32,000 bases of DNA from Candidatus Altimarinota bacterium (GCA_041659405.1 JBAZYK010000004.1:90001-122000); one strand, 5' to 3'; shown: positions 10,181-21,251, counted from the first letter of the stretch. Made by a program: numbers and translations. The notes: a model not told the origin generated them from the sequence alone.

Positions 10181-11020
10181 ATGCAAAAAAACAAAAAAAA
10201 TCTTCTAATCGCTGGCGTCATAGTGCTAGTCGTTTTAGCAATAACCGGCCTGGTTTTAACTCAAGGCCAGAACTCTAATCTTCAGGGACTTTTGCCTTCA
10301 CCATTTAGAAGCGGAACACCTTCTCAGGATCAAAATCGAGGGGGCCAAGTACCAGCGAGCCCTGCTGAAAAACAAGCTGCTCAAAAAGCCGCTGACGCTG
10401 AAGCTGCTAAAAAGGCTGCTCTTGATGCAGCTGCTAAACAAGCCGCTGCCGACAAATTAGCCGCTGAGCAAGCCGCTGCAAAAAATGACAAACAGCCAAT
10501 GGGCAGCCCCAGTCAGGTCCAAAACCTGGTAGTTAAGATGTCAGCTCAACCGTTCGGTGGACAAAAAAATCCTAAAACAGATGGTCTCGATTCAGTCGCA
10601 GGTTTTGATATTTTGAGCAATAACCAGGCTCTGGTCGTTATAAAATCCATGACCTTTAATATTAAAGGTGATAACAGCCCAAATGTTACTAATTATGAAC
10701 TTTGGGCAAACGAAACCCAATTAACAACTGACAAGCCAGATGTTAATATTAGCAATAAAACAGTTACATTTAATAACATCAGGTTCGTTGATTTTGACCA
10801 ATTTAAACAGGTATTGATCGCACAAACCAAATCAATAAATGTGGTTGTTAAAGCAACAACGGCCAATGTTCTCTCAGGAAAAAATCAAGGTGTGTCAGTT
10901 TTATATTGGCTTGAAGTAAAGTCGATTGCACTTGATTACGTCTTCAACGGTCTAAAGACCCCATATACTGCGGAATTTACCCCGGCAGTTGCGGGACAGG
11001 TATCAATCTACACAAAATAA
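10181..11020 (+). CDS. hypothetical exported/membrane-anchored protein with an Ala/Lys/Gln-rich linker
   Basis: N-terminal TM (LLIAGVIVLVVLAITGLVL), coiled Ala-rich segment (EKQAAQKAADAEAAKKAALDAAAKQ), and a beta-rich C-terminal domain. Confidence 0.7.
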   Translation: MQKNKKNLLIAGVIVLVVLAITGLVLTQGQNSNLQGLLPSPFRSGTPSQDQNRGGQVPASPAEKQAAQKAADAEAAKKAALDAAAKQAAADKLAAEQAAAKNDKQPMGSPSQVQNLVVKMSAQPFGGQKNPKTDGLDSVAGFDILSNNQALVVIKSMTFNIKGDNSPNVTNYELWANETQLTTDKPDVNISNKTVTFNNIRFVDFDQFKQVLIAQTKSINVVVKATTANVLSGKNQGVSVLYWLEVKSIALDYVFNGLKTPYTAEFTPAVAGQVSIYTK

Positions 11021-11035
11021 AAGATTTCAAAATAA

Positions 11036-11077
11036 TAAAAAAGGGGAGGCACACATTGTGAACCTCCCCTTTTTTTA
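11036..11077. terminator. bidirectional intrinsic terminator between convergent genes
   Basis: AAAAAGGGGAGG...CCTCCCCTTTTTT inverted repeat between the 10181-11020 (+) gene and PPDK (-). Confidence 0.9.
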
Positions 11078-11113
11078 TTTAAAACAATTTCTCACGCACG
11101 AAGTGAATTCCGT

Positions 11114-13861
11114 TTAATTCCTATTCAAGATCGCCGCCTGCGCCGCTGCAACTCTGGCAATCGGAATTCTATAAGGTGACAAACTCACAAAGTCCAAACC
11201 GATTTTGTGGCAGAATTTGATTGAATCCGGCTCTCCACCCTGTTCACCACAAATGCCGATTTCAAGCGGTTTCTGGCCTTCTTTACGCGGTACACCCCGT
11301 CCCAATTCCACGCACATCTGCATCAAACGGCCAACCGCTTTTTGATCGATTGATTCCGTTGGATCACGGTCCAAAATTCCATGCTCAAGATAATAATTTA
11401 AGAATTTTCCGGCATCATCACGGCTATATCCCCAGGTCATTTGTGTCAGATCATTTGTTCCAAAAGAGAAAAAGTCCGCATAAGGAGCCAGTTCATCGGC
11501 AGTCAAACAGGCACGTGGCAATTCAATCATTGTTCCGATTTTATATTCAAATTTAATTTGCCCGGCATACCTTGCAATCACACCTTCAGCTGTTTTTCGG
11601 CTTACAATAAGCTCTTTTAAGTCCGCGATAAATGGCAATTCAATTTCCGGCACAGGAACAATTCCACGGTTGCTTACCTCAATCGCCGCCTCAATAATGG
11701 CCTGCACCTGCATTTCATAAATTTCCGGATAGGTGATTCCAAGGCGCGCCCCACGGTGTCCAAGCATTGGATTTACCTCATGCAGATTCTCCACAATTTT
11801 TTCAATATCGGCGAGTTGCATGCCCATTTCTGTGGCCAATTCCTGCATTTGTTCCGTGGTCTTAGGCACAAATTCATGCAGTGGGGGATCAAGCAAACGA
11901 ATCGTTACCGGCAGCCCACTCATCACTTCAAAAATCCCGATAAAATCAGCTTTTTGCATTGGCAACAATTTCGCCAAAGCCTTTTTGCGGCCTTCCACCG
12001 TGTTTGCCACAATCATTTCACGCACTACATCAATGCGATCACCTTCAAAAAACATGTGCTCGGTGCGGCAAAGTCCAATTCCTTCAGCACCAAAATCCTT
12101 GCCAACCTGCGCATCTTTTGGAGTATCGGCATTTGTACGAATCCGCAATTTTCTAACCGCATCGGACCATGCCAAAATCGTTTTAAAATCTTCGGTGATT
12201 TCCGGCTCAACCATAGGAACCGCGCCAAGCATTACTTCGCCGGTACTTCCATTTAAAGTAATCACATCACCTTCATGAATAACCAAATCGCCAATTTTTA
12301 CAGTTTTGGTTTTTGCATCCACCATAATATCCGCGCAACCGGCCACACAGCACTTGCCCATACCGCGGCAAACCACAGCGGCATGCGAAGTCATTCCTCC
12401 GGTAGAGGTCAAAATTCCTTTGGATACATGCATTCCATGAATATCTTCCGGTGAAGTTTCACGTCTTACCAAAATAACTCTTTCATCGCGTTCAAAAGTC
12501 CAATTAACAGCGTCATCGGCACTAAAAACAACCTTACCAACCGCCGCACCTGGTGAAGCCGGCAAGCCCTTGGCAATCACGTTTTTAGAAGCTTTAGGAT
12601 CCAGATCCGGATGCAAAAGTTGTTTCAAACTGCTCGCGTCAATTCGTAATAAAGCTTCATCTTTTGTAATCAATTTTTCACCGACCATATCCACCGCAAT
12701 TTTAATCGCCGCCTTTGCCGTGCGCTTACCGTTGCGGGTTTGCAGCATGTAGAGTTTGCCTTCCTGAATTGTAAATTCAATATCCTGCATGTCACGATAA
12801 TGATTTTCCAGATTCTCACGGACCTGATTTAGCTGCGCAAAAATCTCCGGCATCACTTCCTGCAATTGCGTTAATTTTTGAGGAGTACGAATTCCGGCTA
12901 CCACATCTTCACCCTGTGCATTCATCAAAAACTCGCCATAAAACTCTTTTTCACCGGTTGAAGGATTGCGAGTAAAAGCCACGCCCGTACCGGAAGTATT
13001 TCCCATATTTCCAAAAACCATCGCCTGAATATTTACCGCTGTTCCATTCAAACCGGTAATATTATTTAGTTTTCTGTAGGTATTCGCACGATCATTATTC
13101 CAGGACTTAAAAACGGCTTCTATGGCCAGTTTAAGCTGTTCTTTTGGATCAACCGGGAAATCAATTCCAGCCTTTTCTTTTACAATTCGTTTGAATTCTC
13201 CGACTAAAAATTTCAAATCGGCCGCATCAAGATCGGTATCCAGCTTCACATTTTTTTTAGTCTTCAATTTATCAATTTCATCTTCAAACATTTCATGTGA
13301 AATGCCCAAAACAACATTTCCAAACATGTTCACAAAGCGTCTATAAGCGTCATAACAAAAACGTTCATTGCCCGTTTTTTTCACGAGTCCTGCAGCGGTT
13401 TCATCATTAAGGCCCAAATTTAAAATTGTATCCATCATCCCCGGCATCGACATTTTGGCTCCGGAACGCACCGAAACCAATAATGGATTTTGCGCGTCAC
13501 CAAACTTCATTCCACTTTTTTCTTCCAGCTCTTTTAAATTTGTCTCAAGTTCAGTCTGAAATCCTTCCGGATAGTCGCCCCACTCTGCCGATGAATCAGC
13601 TCCACCACGTTCTGCCCTCTGATCCAAATAATACTTGCAGACATCGGTTGTAATCGTGAAACCTGGAGGCACAGGAAGCCCCAGATTGGTCATTTCGGCC
13701 AAATTGGCACCTTTACCGCCAAGTAGATCCTTCATGTCCTTATTTCCCTCTTTAAAAGCGTAAATAGACTTAATCATACGTGTATGTGGTTGTATGTGTG
13801 AAGTGCTGGAAGTGGCTGATGCTTTAGTCGCTTCACCTTTAGTAATAATAGCCTGGGACAT
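11114..13861 (-). CDS. ppdK: pyruvate, phosphate dikinase
   Basis: LLGGKGANLAEMTNLGLPVPPGFTITT, GILTSTGGMTSHAAVVCRGMGKCCVAG (phospho-His region), GIGLCRTEHMFF and FSFGTNDLTQMTWGYSRDD. Confidence 0.97.
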   Translation of the reverse strand: MSQAIITKGEATKASATSSTSHIQPHTRMIKSIYAFKEGNKDMKDLLGGKGANLAEMTNLGLPVPPGFTITTDVCKYYLDQRAERGGADSSAEWGDYPEGFQTELETNLKELEEKSGMKFGDAQNPLLVSVRSGAKMSMPGMMDTILNLGLNDETAAGLVKKTGNERFCYDAYRRFVNMFGNVVLGISHEMFEDEIDKLKTKKNVKLDTDLDAADLKFLVGEFKRIVKEKAGIDFPVDPKEQLKLAIEAVFKSWNNDRANTYRKLNNITGLNGTAVNIQAMVFGNMGNTSGTGVAFTRNPSTGEKEFYGEFLMNAQGEDVVAGIRTPQKLTQLQEVMPEIFAQLNQVRENLENHYRDMQDIEFTIQEGKLYMLQTRNGKRTAKAAIKIAVDMVGEKLITKDEALLRIDASSLKQLLHPDLDPKASKNVIAKGLPASPGAAVGKVVFSADDAVNWTFERDERVILVRRETSPEDIHGMHVSKGILTSTGGMTSHAAVVCRGMGKCCVAGCADIMVDAKTKTVKIGDLVIHEGDVITLNGSTGEVMLGAVPMVEPEITEDFKTILAWSDAVRKLRIRTNADTPKDAQVGKDFGAEGIGLCRTEHMFFEGDRIDVVREMIVANTVEGRKKALAKLLPMQKADFIGIFEVMSGLPVTIRLLDPPLHEFVPKTTEQMQELATEMGMQLADIEKIVENLHEVNPMLGHRGARLGITYPEIYEMQVQAIIEAAIEVSNRGIVPVPEIELPFIADLKELIVSRKTAEGVIARYAGQIKFEYKIGTMIELPRACLTADELAPYADFFSFGTNDLTQMTWGYSRDDAGKFLNYYLEHGILDRDPTESIDQKAVGRLMQMCVELGRGVPRKEGQKPLEIGICGEQGGEPDSIKFCHKIGLDFVSLSPYRIPIARVAAAQAAILNRN

Positions 13862-13894
13862 AGTAGCAGTTTTAAATTGTAGAGCAAGATTTGC

Positions 13895-14563
13895 TTAAAA
13901 ATGAAAAAACTTCAAGAAAGATTCCATGATTGGGCCTGGGAAAACCGCCAAAGGAATCGCCAAAAAGTATGCGATCATTTGCCCGGTAAAAGCCGCAAAT
14001 AGCGGTATGGTCAGGTTATCATCCAGTTTGCCGGTAAATAATTCCACAATACTGGCCACAAAAGCCATACTCAAAAAAATCACCGGATAAAGCGGCAAAA
14101 ACAGATATCCAATTACGCAATTCACCGCCAAGCCTCCCAAAAATCCTTCCAGCGTCTTGTTTTTATGGATTTTATGTCGTCCAAATTTGATTCCAATCAA
14201 CGCAGAAGCTAAATCCCCAAAAATAGTTAAAAGCATCGCTGTCATTGCAATCGGATAATCAAAAGCGGAAAAAGCAATGATTGTCGCGGCAATAAAGAAA
14301 ATCGTACCGGTCACATTATTCATTTCCCGTTTTCTAAGCGCGATGAAATTTGGCAATTTTGGCATGTATTCAAGCCGTACATATTCAACTTCAAGCAGTA
14401 TCAAAAACAGCAGGGTTAAGCCCAAAATACCCACCCTTTGCGAAAAATATTGTCTCAGCAATGTGTACGCCAAAAGCACCGGAAGCTCCATCAAATGAAA
14501 AAGTTTCCGAATTATTTCCTTATAAAGCGAATGTTTTTTCATAATTATTGCGCAGCTCATCAA
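13895..14563 (-). CDS. dolichol kinase / CDP-archaeol-synthase-like (SEC59/VTE5-like) integral membrane protein
   Basis: Multi-TM protein with GDLASALIGIKFGRHKIHKNKTLEGFLGGLAVN, which resembles the DGD/SxxG..KT.EG motif of dolichol/phytol kinase family proteins. Confidence 0.7.
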   Translation of the reverse strand: MMSCAIIMKKHSLYKEIIRKLFHLMELPVLLAYTLLRQYFSQRVGILGLTLLFLILLEVEYVRLEYMPKLPNFIALRKREMNNVTGTIFFIAATIIAFSAFDYPIAMTAMLLTIFGDLASALIGIKFGRHKIHKNKTLEGFLGGLAVNCVIGYLFLPLYPVIFLSMAFVASIVELFTGKLDDNLTIPLFAAFTGQMIAYFLAIPLAVFPGPIMESFLKFFHF

Positions 14564-14657
14564 ACTCCGGCTCGATTATACGCCCGCAGGAGTCAATTAT
14601 AAATCAAAAATTATGAATTATAATTCTTCAAACAAAACAATTCGTAATTCGTAATTT

Positions 14658-17600
14658 CTAATTCGTAACCATAAACATTCTTCCTTCCGACCTACCAAAC
14701 ACTTCAGGGAAATAGGTCTCGGAAGCCATCGCCGGTAAATCATGATAAGTGCCCGGGGTGGTCGCTCTTACAAAATAATTAATTTCATAAACACCTTTTG
14801 GCAGGAAGTCCGCAAAATAAGTCATGCGATCATCCAAAACTTCGGAATGATTAAATCTCCAGAGTTCGTTATAACAGTCCCAAGTTAGGCACATACTGCC
14901 TTTGCCATCATTTTGGTCCTGCAACTGTTGCTCTGAAGTCTTCAAGCTGAAATCAACGCCTTCCAAACCGGCAGGCAAAAAGTCTTCAACCAAAACGTAA
15001 TAGCTATCTTCAGGCACAATGATTGTCATTTTTCCTTTCAAATTTTCACCAACTTTTATTGAAGTCAGCGGATTTTCTTCCTTTTTATCATCAGTCGCAA
15101 AATATTGTTGATGAACCTCAATTCCTTCATCGCGTGCCTTAATTTGCTCGGTTGGCAGGAAGTATTGCAGATTCATATCAAAATACATTTTTCCATTGCC
15201 GTTACGTACCGCCGTGATCTCGTTATCAAGATTATTTTGCAGCAAATCTTTAAGCGGAATTGTCACTTCTTCACGCGCTTCAATATTATTTTCAGTGAAG
15301 CCCTTATGGAGTTTTTCTGCTCCATTAACGGTCACAATGCCATCATAATCAACGTTTAATTCACCGCTGGTTTTTAGGTATTCAATCAACGCCATCAAAC
15401 TAACCGCCGTTTCCTGGGTAGAAGCAAAGTGCCCATTTTTCTTTTCCAAAAGCATGTAACGCAACATCTTTGGAACCAAAGGATTGGCCGGATCCAAGCG
15501 GTTTAACATCTGCAAAATCAAAGCTGTAGTACGATTATTTGTATCAAAAAACTGATAATCCAAAGTGTTTTCTTCAAAATGCACGCCGCGTGGAGATTCC
15601 TTTGCTCTAGCCAAAATTTCGTTTTTGATAGTGTCGATTTTCTTTTGCACTTCCTGTAAAGCGGCACCACCAAGTTTTTCCTGGGTAATCAATTTCTGCA
15701 GATCCATCACCAGATAAGCCTGCGCGGAAAGATTTAAATTCTTGCGTAAATCAAACAAATTATTACTTAAAGCCAAATCGCCTTTGCCCATTTCCGCCAG
15801 TACGTAAAGCGCAAAAGCACGTGAATCTAAATTATATTTATCGTATTTCGTGCTGCTAAGAGTGCTGTTTGTTAGTTGTGAAATTTTAACAGAATTACTG
15901 CCAATTTTACTCTTTAAGAAATTCACACCACGATTCATCACATTATCATCAACGGTATAGCCGGCCTTTTTGCTTTCATTCAAGGCAAATAAAACATAGC
16001 TGGTTAAATGCGGAGTCGCTTCACTGGTTTCCCAAAGGCCCCAACCGCCATTACCCTGTTGCAGTTTATATAAAGCCTGCAAGCCACTTTCCACATTTTT
16101 TTGTAGAGTTTTTTGATCCACCAATTTTGCCGCAATTTTTCCAAGTGCCGGCAAACTCAACATTTGTTTAATGGTCACATTTGGCAAGAGCGCGCTGGCA
16201 ACCTGTTCAGCGCAGCCATAAGGATAAGTCATTAAATATTCAATGCCCTTGGTGATGGAAGAAGCTAAAGTAGGCGCAACCGCAATCGTTAATTTTCCAA
16301 ATTTCGGATCGATATTATTTGGCAGCCAAACGGTCTCAACATGCTTATCACCATTATCAATTACTGTCGAAGTAGCAACAGTTTCCGGGAAACTGTAAGG
16401 ATGAATTGGCATTTTATTTTCCAGAATATCACCGATATTGGAATCATTAACGGCAATAGCCTTAAATGTAATTACGGCTTCCGCTTCATCTAAAACGGTT
16501 GCTTTAAATTCAACTTTCTTTTCTTCGCCGGAACCCAAATGAATTCGCTGTTTATTAGAACCATTCAAAGTCACGCCACTCGCTTCAACCGAAACATCCA
16601 AATCAACCGCATTGGTAAGATAATTATGAACAATCGTTCCAACCGTAATCTCATCATTCACAATTAAAAATCTTGGCAAAATAGGTCGCACCAAAACATC
16701 TTTGCTGACAATAAAGTCCGTTTTTTGGCTTCCAACCAAGGTATTTGCAGTAGCGCCAATCGCCAGTATCTGCCAGGTGGTCAAATTATCCGGCAATTTA
16801 AATTTAATAGTTCCCACACCTTGTTCATTTGTATTCAAAGCAGCCTGCCAATAAGCGGTATCTTTAAAGTTTCCACGTTTTTGTAATGTACCGCCTCCAC
16901 CACCTTTTAACCCCGATTCAACCTGCACATTTATGCGTGATAAAGCCTTGGTTAAAGTTTCCGAAGTCATTACGCCCAAAGATCTCTTTCTGTAAAAATC
17001 ATTTAAAAGATCAGCCGTAAAGTTTTCCACCAAAGACAAAACACTCTTATCCACAACACTTAAAGACATTTCCGCTTTCACGGGTTTTCCATTCACGTCA
17101 GTTGTTTTTACATTGATCGTAACTTCATCGCCGGGGTGATATTTTTGTTGATTTGTCTGCACGCTAACCAACAATTTTCTACTTGAAGTATCAACTTGAA
17201 GCGTTGCATAACCCATTTTAAACGAGGCCACACTGCGCTCATCAATGGCATCTTTGCCCGTAGGTTGCGCCAAACCGGCCTGATTATTATCGCCCTTAAT
17301 CAGCACCACGGAAACAAATTCATTTGGGATCGATTTATCGGTAATCGGCACATCAATCACATCCGAATTGGATTTAATTTTGATAACTTTTTTATCCAAA
17401 ATTTCGCCGCGTTCATAAGTAACCAAAGCATAAACATTTTGATACGGTGACTTCACCATTACATGGGCGGTATCACCAATCTTGTATTCCTGCTTGTCCG
17501 CAACCAATTCAATACGGTCATTATTTGCCTGTCCCCAGTTAACAAAACTACCTGAAGAAACATAAACAGTTGTTGACGAAGTTATTTTATTTCCACGACT

Positions 17601-20600
17601 ATCTTTGCTTTCGGTTCCAACTTTAAACACACCGCCTTCTTTTGGAATAAAGCTTACGTTAGCCTTCCCCTGATTATCGGTTGTAACAGTTTTCTTTTCG
17701 ATCAGGACGTCATCATAACTGTTTTCAAAATAATAATCGCTGTCCACATTCTTCTTTTTTACAGTGTTCCAATTGCGTTTATACAAAGTAACTTCAGTCG
17801 ATTTTCCGCCAACCACCTTGCCATTTTCATCAACACTGACAAGATCAAATTTAGCCTCTTTCCCGGCCTGAACAACATCATTTATGCTCATAATGCCAAC
17901 ATAATATTCACCTTCATGAACCGAAACCGTCACACGATCGGAAACACTCTGATTATTCAAATCAAAAGCCGTAACCTCAACCGTATAAAATTGACTCATT
18001 TTTTTATCCGCAATATTTAACGGAAGTTCAATTGTGTATTCGCCATTAGCGTCTAATTTGGCTTTCCCCTGGGAGACAACGGCTGTTTGTCCCTGACAGC
18101 CAAAGTAACAGGAATATCCTTCATCCGAAAAACTAAAGAACGGACTTAAATTATTATCACTATTCAAAAAGAAGAAATAATCCTGACTTTTTACAGTCCA
18201 TTGAATCGGCGCATTTGGCAGCGGCGCGCCAAAAAAGTAACTCGCCTTCACTTTCAATTTCAAAGTATCGCCATTTACATAACTCTTTTTATCCGTATTT
18301 AAATTGATCTGATAATCCGGTTTTCGGTACTCTGCAACGTGGAAACTCTGGTACGACCCGATGACATTACTTTGCCCCTTGCCTGTTACCACTCCATTAT
18401 TGCCGACAGCAACATTTAGAAAATAATCACCTGTAGCCGCCTGATTGCCAAGTTGCAATTCACCGGCAAAACTTCCATTCGCATTTAAATCCAAAGTTTT
18501 GCTATAAACAGCATTTCCCATACTGTCATCAATCGTGACCATAGCCTGTTTTACATCCGGCAACTTAAAGGCAGCATCTTTATCAACACGCAGAATCCCT
18601 TTGAAATAAACGGTATTTCCCGGTCTATAAATCGGCCTATCCATATAAACATAGGCATAATATTTTGGAGCGTACGGATTGTAATCAATATTAAAACTGC
18701 TTGGATCAACACCTTCACTCCAGGTGGTGTGGGTCAGCGTAATGTCATTATTTTTCTTTCCAAAAATTAAATATTGGCGATTATAAATATTTTCAGAGCC
18801 AGCCGACGCAGGCAAATCAAAAGTCACCAAACCATTTTGATCTGTTTTTCCGCTATAAAGAGCCTTTCCGTCGGTACTGCCATTTTGTATAACCGAAATA
18901 TCCATGCCCGCATTTGGTGCGCCATCAGCAAAATTTGTCGCCCAGATAAGCAGTTTTGTTGGACTCATCTTCATGGTTAATCCACTGTAGCTCACCATAA
19001 AAATATGACGTTCAATTCTTAAATTAAGCGCTCCATCTTGTCCCGCGTAAGGGTTTTTTACCTGCGGACTCGAAACATCAAAATAATAATATCCCGGCGC
19101 CATAGCCATATTCGTCTCTTTCCCAAGATCGATTTTGGTTGTTACAGTTTGATTAAACTGCTTGGCGATAGTTTTTGAAAAGCTCGTAAAAGGTCCGGCT
19201 GGAATATTGCTGCGCCAATCAATATAACCTCGTTGATAAATTTTCTTAAATTCTTCTTCGGAAAGTTTTTTAAAATTAAGATTCATGGTATCAACATTGG
19301 TCGATTTTACATAAAAAACAGTCGGTTTATTGGCATCCACAACAGTTATATCGGTTGGGCTCATTACTTCAAAAGTAGGCGAAATAGCCGCAGTTTTAAA
19401 AGTAAGAACAAAGTCCTGATTCAAAGTTTTTCCAAACTGATCCTTAACACCTTTTTGAATTGTGATCTTATAATCTGTGGACGGTTTGATCGCGTAAGAA
19501 ACGTTCAAAACGGTGTCACTCAGACTTAAAGTAAGGTCAGGTTGATTCTCCAGTTTGGTATCTGCATCGATGGATTTTGGCTCAATCGCAAATTTTTCTT
19601 TGATGCTGTCCAAATCCATCGGCTGGCTAAATGTCAAAGAAATGCCACCACTTAGCGGATAATCTTTCACTCCATTTTTAGGAGCAGTACTATTAACGGT
19701 AATTTCACCAACTGTTTTAAAGAGAATTCCTTTATCTTCGCCAAGTGTTAAAGTGCCTTCCACGCCGCCAAAATCCTTATCAACTTTCACCAGATAATAT
19801 TGATCATAACCCAAAGGTTGCGCCGGACTTAACATCAAAGTTTTCTTTAGTTCTTCAGGTTCCGGCAATGTTATTTGAGTATCACCTTCTTTATATTCAC
19901 TATCGGTTTTAAACTGATTCAAAGTGTAATAAGAAACCTGGAAAGGTACTTCGGCCCAATCATTGGCATTAAATTGTTTCAAGACGTCTTCCGTTGATTG
20001 TGGAGCAGATTTACCTGAACCACTAATGTTAGTACTCTGCGGGCAGTCTCCTCCACATCCAAAAAATTTCAATCTATTCTTATCACCCTTATAACTCCAC
20101 AAATGAATCTTGGATGAAGCTTTATCAGCATTCATTATCTGGTTAAAGAGAAGTTGAATATTTGAACTGCTAGCTGGAAAATCGGAAAGATCGGAAAAAA
20201 AGAGTTGAGGGCCATTATATTTGCCCAAGTTTAGTGGAACCGTATTGATCAACTCCGGTTTCAAAGTATCAAACGTCGCCACAAAATCCTGATCGGTTTG
20301 ACCACCCTCTGCCGAAAAAGTACCTTTTGGAATCGTCAAAGTATAGTGAGTTGAATATGCCAATTTATCAGGTATAAAGCGGATAGAATCAGTTCCAAGC
20401 CACTTCATTTTGCCGTTTGTTGGAGGATCAATTTTTACCGCGATTGCATTTTCAACACCCTGATCCAAAGTGGTTAATTGCGTCATCGGTCGATCAAAGT
20501 GCATCGTAATTTGCGCATCTATAGGCACATCAACCGAACTTGCAGCAGGAGAAAAAAGTAAAACCTGCGGTGGTCCGGTTATCTCAAAAACCTCTTCATA

Positions 20601-21173
20601 ATCATAACGTAACGATTTTTGGAAAATACTTTTAGCCGCGCGATCCACAAATACATTAAAGGTTTGTCCAACTTTAAATTGATCTTTTGGATAGAACATT
20701 AAAGCATTCCCGGACCAGTCAAATCGCCCTTCAACCTGCGGATTAACGCGGAAAGCCTTTTCAACCGAACCATGGTCCATCAACTGCGTAAAGACAACTT
20801 TTATTGGCGCATTATAAGAAATTTTTCGCACATTTGCCCTTAAGTTGTAGCCCTGAACTTCCGGAGCCGGAATAAATGGATAACTAGCAAATCCAACAGT
20901 AATAACCAAAAGTATAGCCACAACAAATGCCCAGCCTTTATTAAGTGATCCAAAATTAAATTTAGGCCAAGTAAATCGCGCCACACTACCCTCACGCATC
21001 ACCTCTTTATGCTTCATCATTAACTTCGTCCGCAAATTCTTCTGGAACTGCGCGCGTGGAATTTCCGACGCATTGCTGGAAATTGCGCTCACCAATTTCT
21101 GCAGATCCTCAGGCCGTTTTTTGGCCTCCAGCATCTTCATGAATTCTCTAATTTTTTTGGTGAGAAAGAACAT
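14658..21173 (-). CDS. bacterial alpha-2-macroglobulin family protein with a thioester motif and an N-terminal TM anchor
   Basis: 2171 aa. It has the MG-domain architecture, the thioester site YPYGCAEQ, downstream alpha-alpha toroid repeats (YKLQQGNGGWGLWET...), and one N-terminal TM (GWAFVVAILLVITVGFASYPF). Confidence 0.92.
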   Translation of the reverse strand: MFFLTKKIREFMKMLEAKKRPEDLQKLVSAISSNASEIPRAQFQKNLRTKLMMKHKEVMREGSVARFTWPKFNFGSLNKGWAFVVAILLVITVGFASYPFIPAPEVQGYNLRANVRKISYNAPIKVVFTQLMDHGSVEKAFRVNPQVEGRFDWSGNALMFYPKDQFKVGQTFNVFVDRAAKSIFQKSLRYDYEEVFEITGPPQVLLFSPAASSVDVPIDAQITMHFDRPMTQLTTLDQGVENAIAVKIDPPTNGKMKWLGTDSIRFIPDKLAYSTHYTLTIPKGTFSAEGGQTDQDFVATFDTLKPELINTVPLNLGKYNGPQLFFSDLSDFPASSSNIQLLFNQIMNADKASSKIHLWSYKGDKNRLKFFGCGGDCPQSTNISGSGKSAPQSTEDVLKQFNANDWAEVPFQVSYYTLNQFKTDSEYKEGDTQITLPEPEELKKTLMLSPAQPLGYDQYYLVKVDKDFGGVEGTLTLGEDKGILFKTVGEITVNSTAPKNGVKDYPLSGGISLTFSQPMDLDSIKEKFAIEPKSIDADTKLENQPDLTLSLSDTVLNVSYAIKPSTDYKITIQKGVKDQFGKTLNQDFVLTFKTAAISPTFEVMSPTDITVVDANKPTVFYVKSTNVDTMNLNFKKLSEEEFKKIYQRGYIDWRSNIPAGPFTSFSKTIAKQFNQTVTTKIDLGKETNMAMAPGYYYFDVSSPQVKNPYAGQDGALNLRIERHIFMVSYSGLTMKMSPTKLLIWATNFADGAPNAGMDISVIQNGSTDGKALYSGKTDQNGLVTFDLPASAGSENIYNRQYLIFGKKNNDITLTHTTWSEGVDPSSFNIDYNPYAPKYYAYVYMDRPIYRPGNTVYFKGILRVDKDAAFKLPDVKQAMVTIDDSMGNAVYSKTLDLNANGSFAGELQLGNQAATGDYFLNVAVGNNGVVTGKGQSNVIGSYQSFHVAEYRKPDYQINLNTDKKSYVNGDTLKLKVKASYFFGAPLPNAPIQWTVKSQDYFFFLNSDNNLSPFFSFSDEGYSCYFGCQGQTAVVSQGKAKLDANGEYTIELPLNIADKKMSQFYTVEVTAFDLNNQSVSDRVTVSVHEGEYYVGIMSINDVVQAGKEAKFDLVSVDENGKVVGGKSTEVTLYKRNWNTVKKKNVDSDYYFENSYDDVLIEKKTVTTDNQGKANVSFIPKEGGVFKVGTESKDSRGNKITSSTTVYVSSGSFVNWGQANNDRIELVADKQEYKIGDTAHVMVKSPYQNVYALVTYERGEILDKKVIKIKSNSDVIDVPITDKSIPNEFVSVVLIKGDNNQAGLAQPTGKDAIDERSVASFKMGYATLQVDTSSRKLLVSVQTNQQKYHPGDEVTINVKTTDVNGKPVKAEMSLSVVDKSVLSLVENFTADLLNDFYRKRSLGVMTSETLTKALSRINVQVESGLKGGGGGTLQKRGNFKDTAYWQAALNTNEQGVGTIKFKLPDNLTTWQILAIGATANTLVGSQKTDFIVSKDVLVRPILPRFLIVNDEITVGTIVHNYLTNAVDLDVSVEASGVTLNGSNKQRIHLGSGEEKKVEFKATVLDEAEAVITFKAIAVNDSNIGDILENKMPIHPYSFPETVATSTVIDNGDKHVETVWLPNNIDPKFGKLTIAVAPTLASSITKGIEYLMTYPYGCAEQVASALLPNVTIKQMLSLPALGKIAAKLVDQKTLQKNVESGLQALYKLQQGNGGWGLWETSEATPHLTSYVLFALNESKKAGYTVDDNVMNRGVNFLKSKIGSNSVKISQLTNSTLSSTKYDKYNLDSRAFALYVLAEMGKGDLALSNNLFDLRKNLNLSAQAYLVMDLQKLITQEKLGGAALQEVQKKIDTIKNEILARAKESPRGVHFEENTLDYQFFDTNNRTTALILQMLNRLDPANPLVPKMLRYMLLEKKNGHFASTQETAVSLMALIEYLKTSGELNVDYDGIVTVNGAEKLHKGFTENNIEAREEVTIPLKDLLQNNLDNEITAVRNGNGKMYFDMNLQYFLPTEQIKARDEGIEVHQQYFATDDKKEENPLTSIKVGENLKGKMTIIVPEDSYYVLVEDFLPAGLEGVDFSLKTSEQQLQDQNDGKGSMCLTWDCYNELWRFNHSEVLDDRMTYFADFLPKGVYEINYFVRATTPGTYHDLPAMASETYFPEVFGRSEGRMFMVTN

Positions 21174-21251
21174 ATTATAAGGTAAAATAATATTTTTTTT
21201 AATTCATCGCCGGTTTAGTGGCCGGCGGGGAACCGTCTTCGCGGTCCCTGG

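Noticed and set aside
11221-13653. Multiple ORFs antisense to ppdK (for example 11733-12278 +, 13122-13346 +)
   Set aside because: They lie opposite a clearly conserved gene and have low-complexity, family-less sequence. They are antisense artefacts.
14641-14672. Short tandem AATTCGTAA-like units at the 3' end of the A2M gene
   Set aside because: Only three degenerate AT-rich units, consistent with low-complexity spacer. Not a CRISPR or meaningful satellite.
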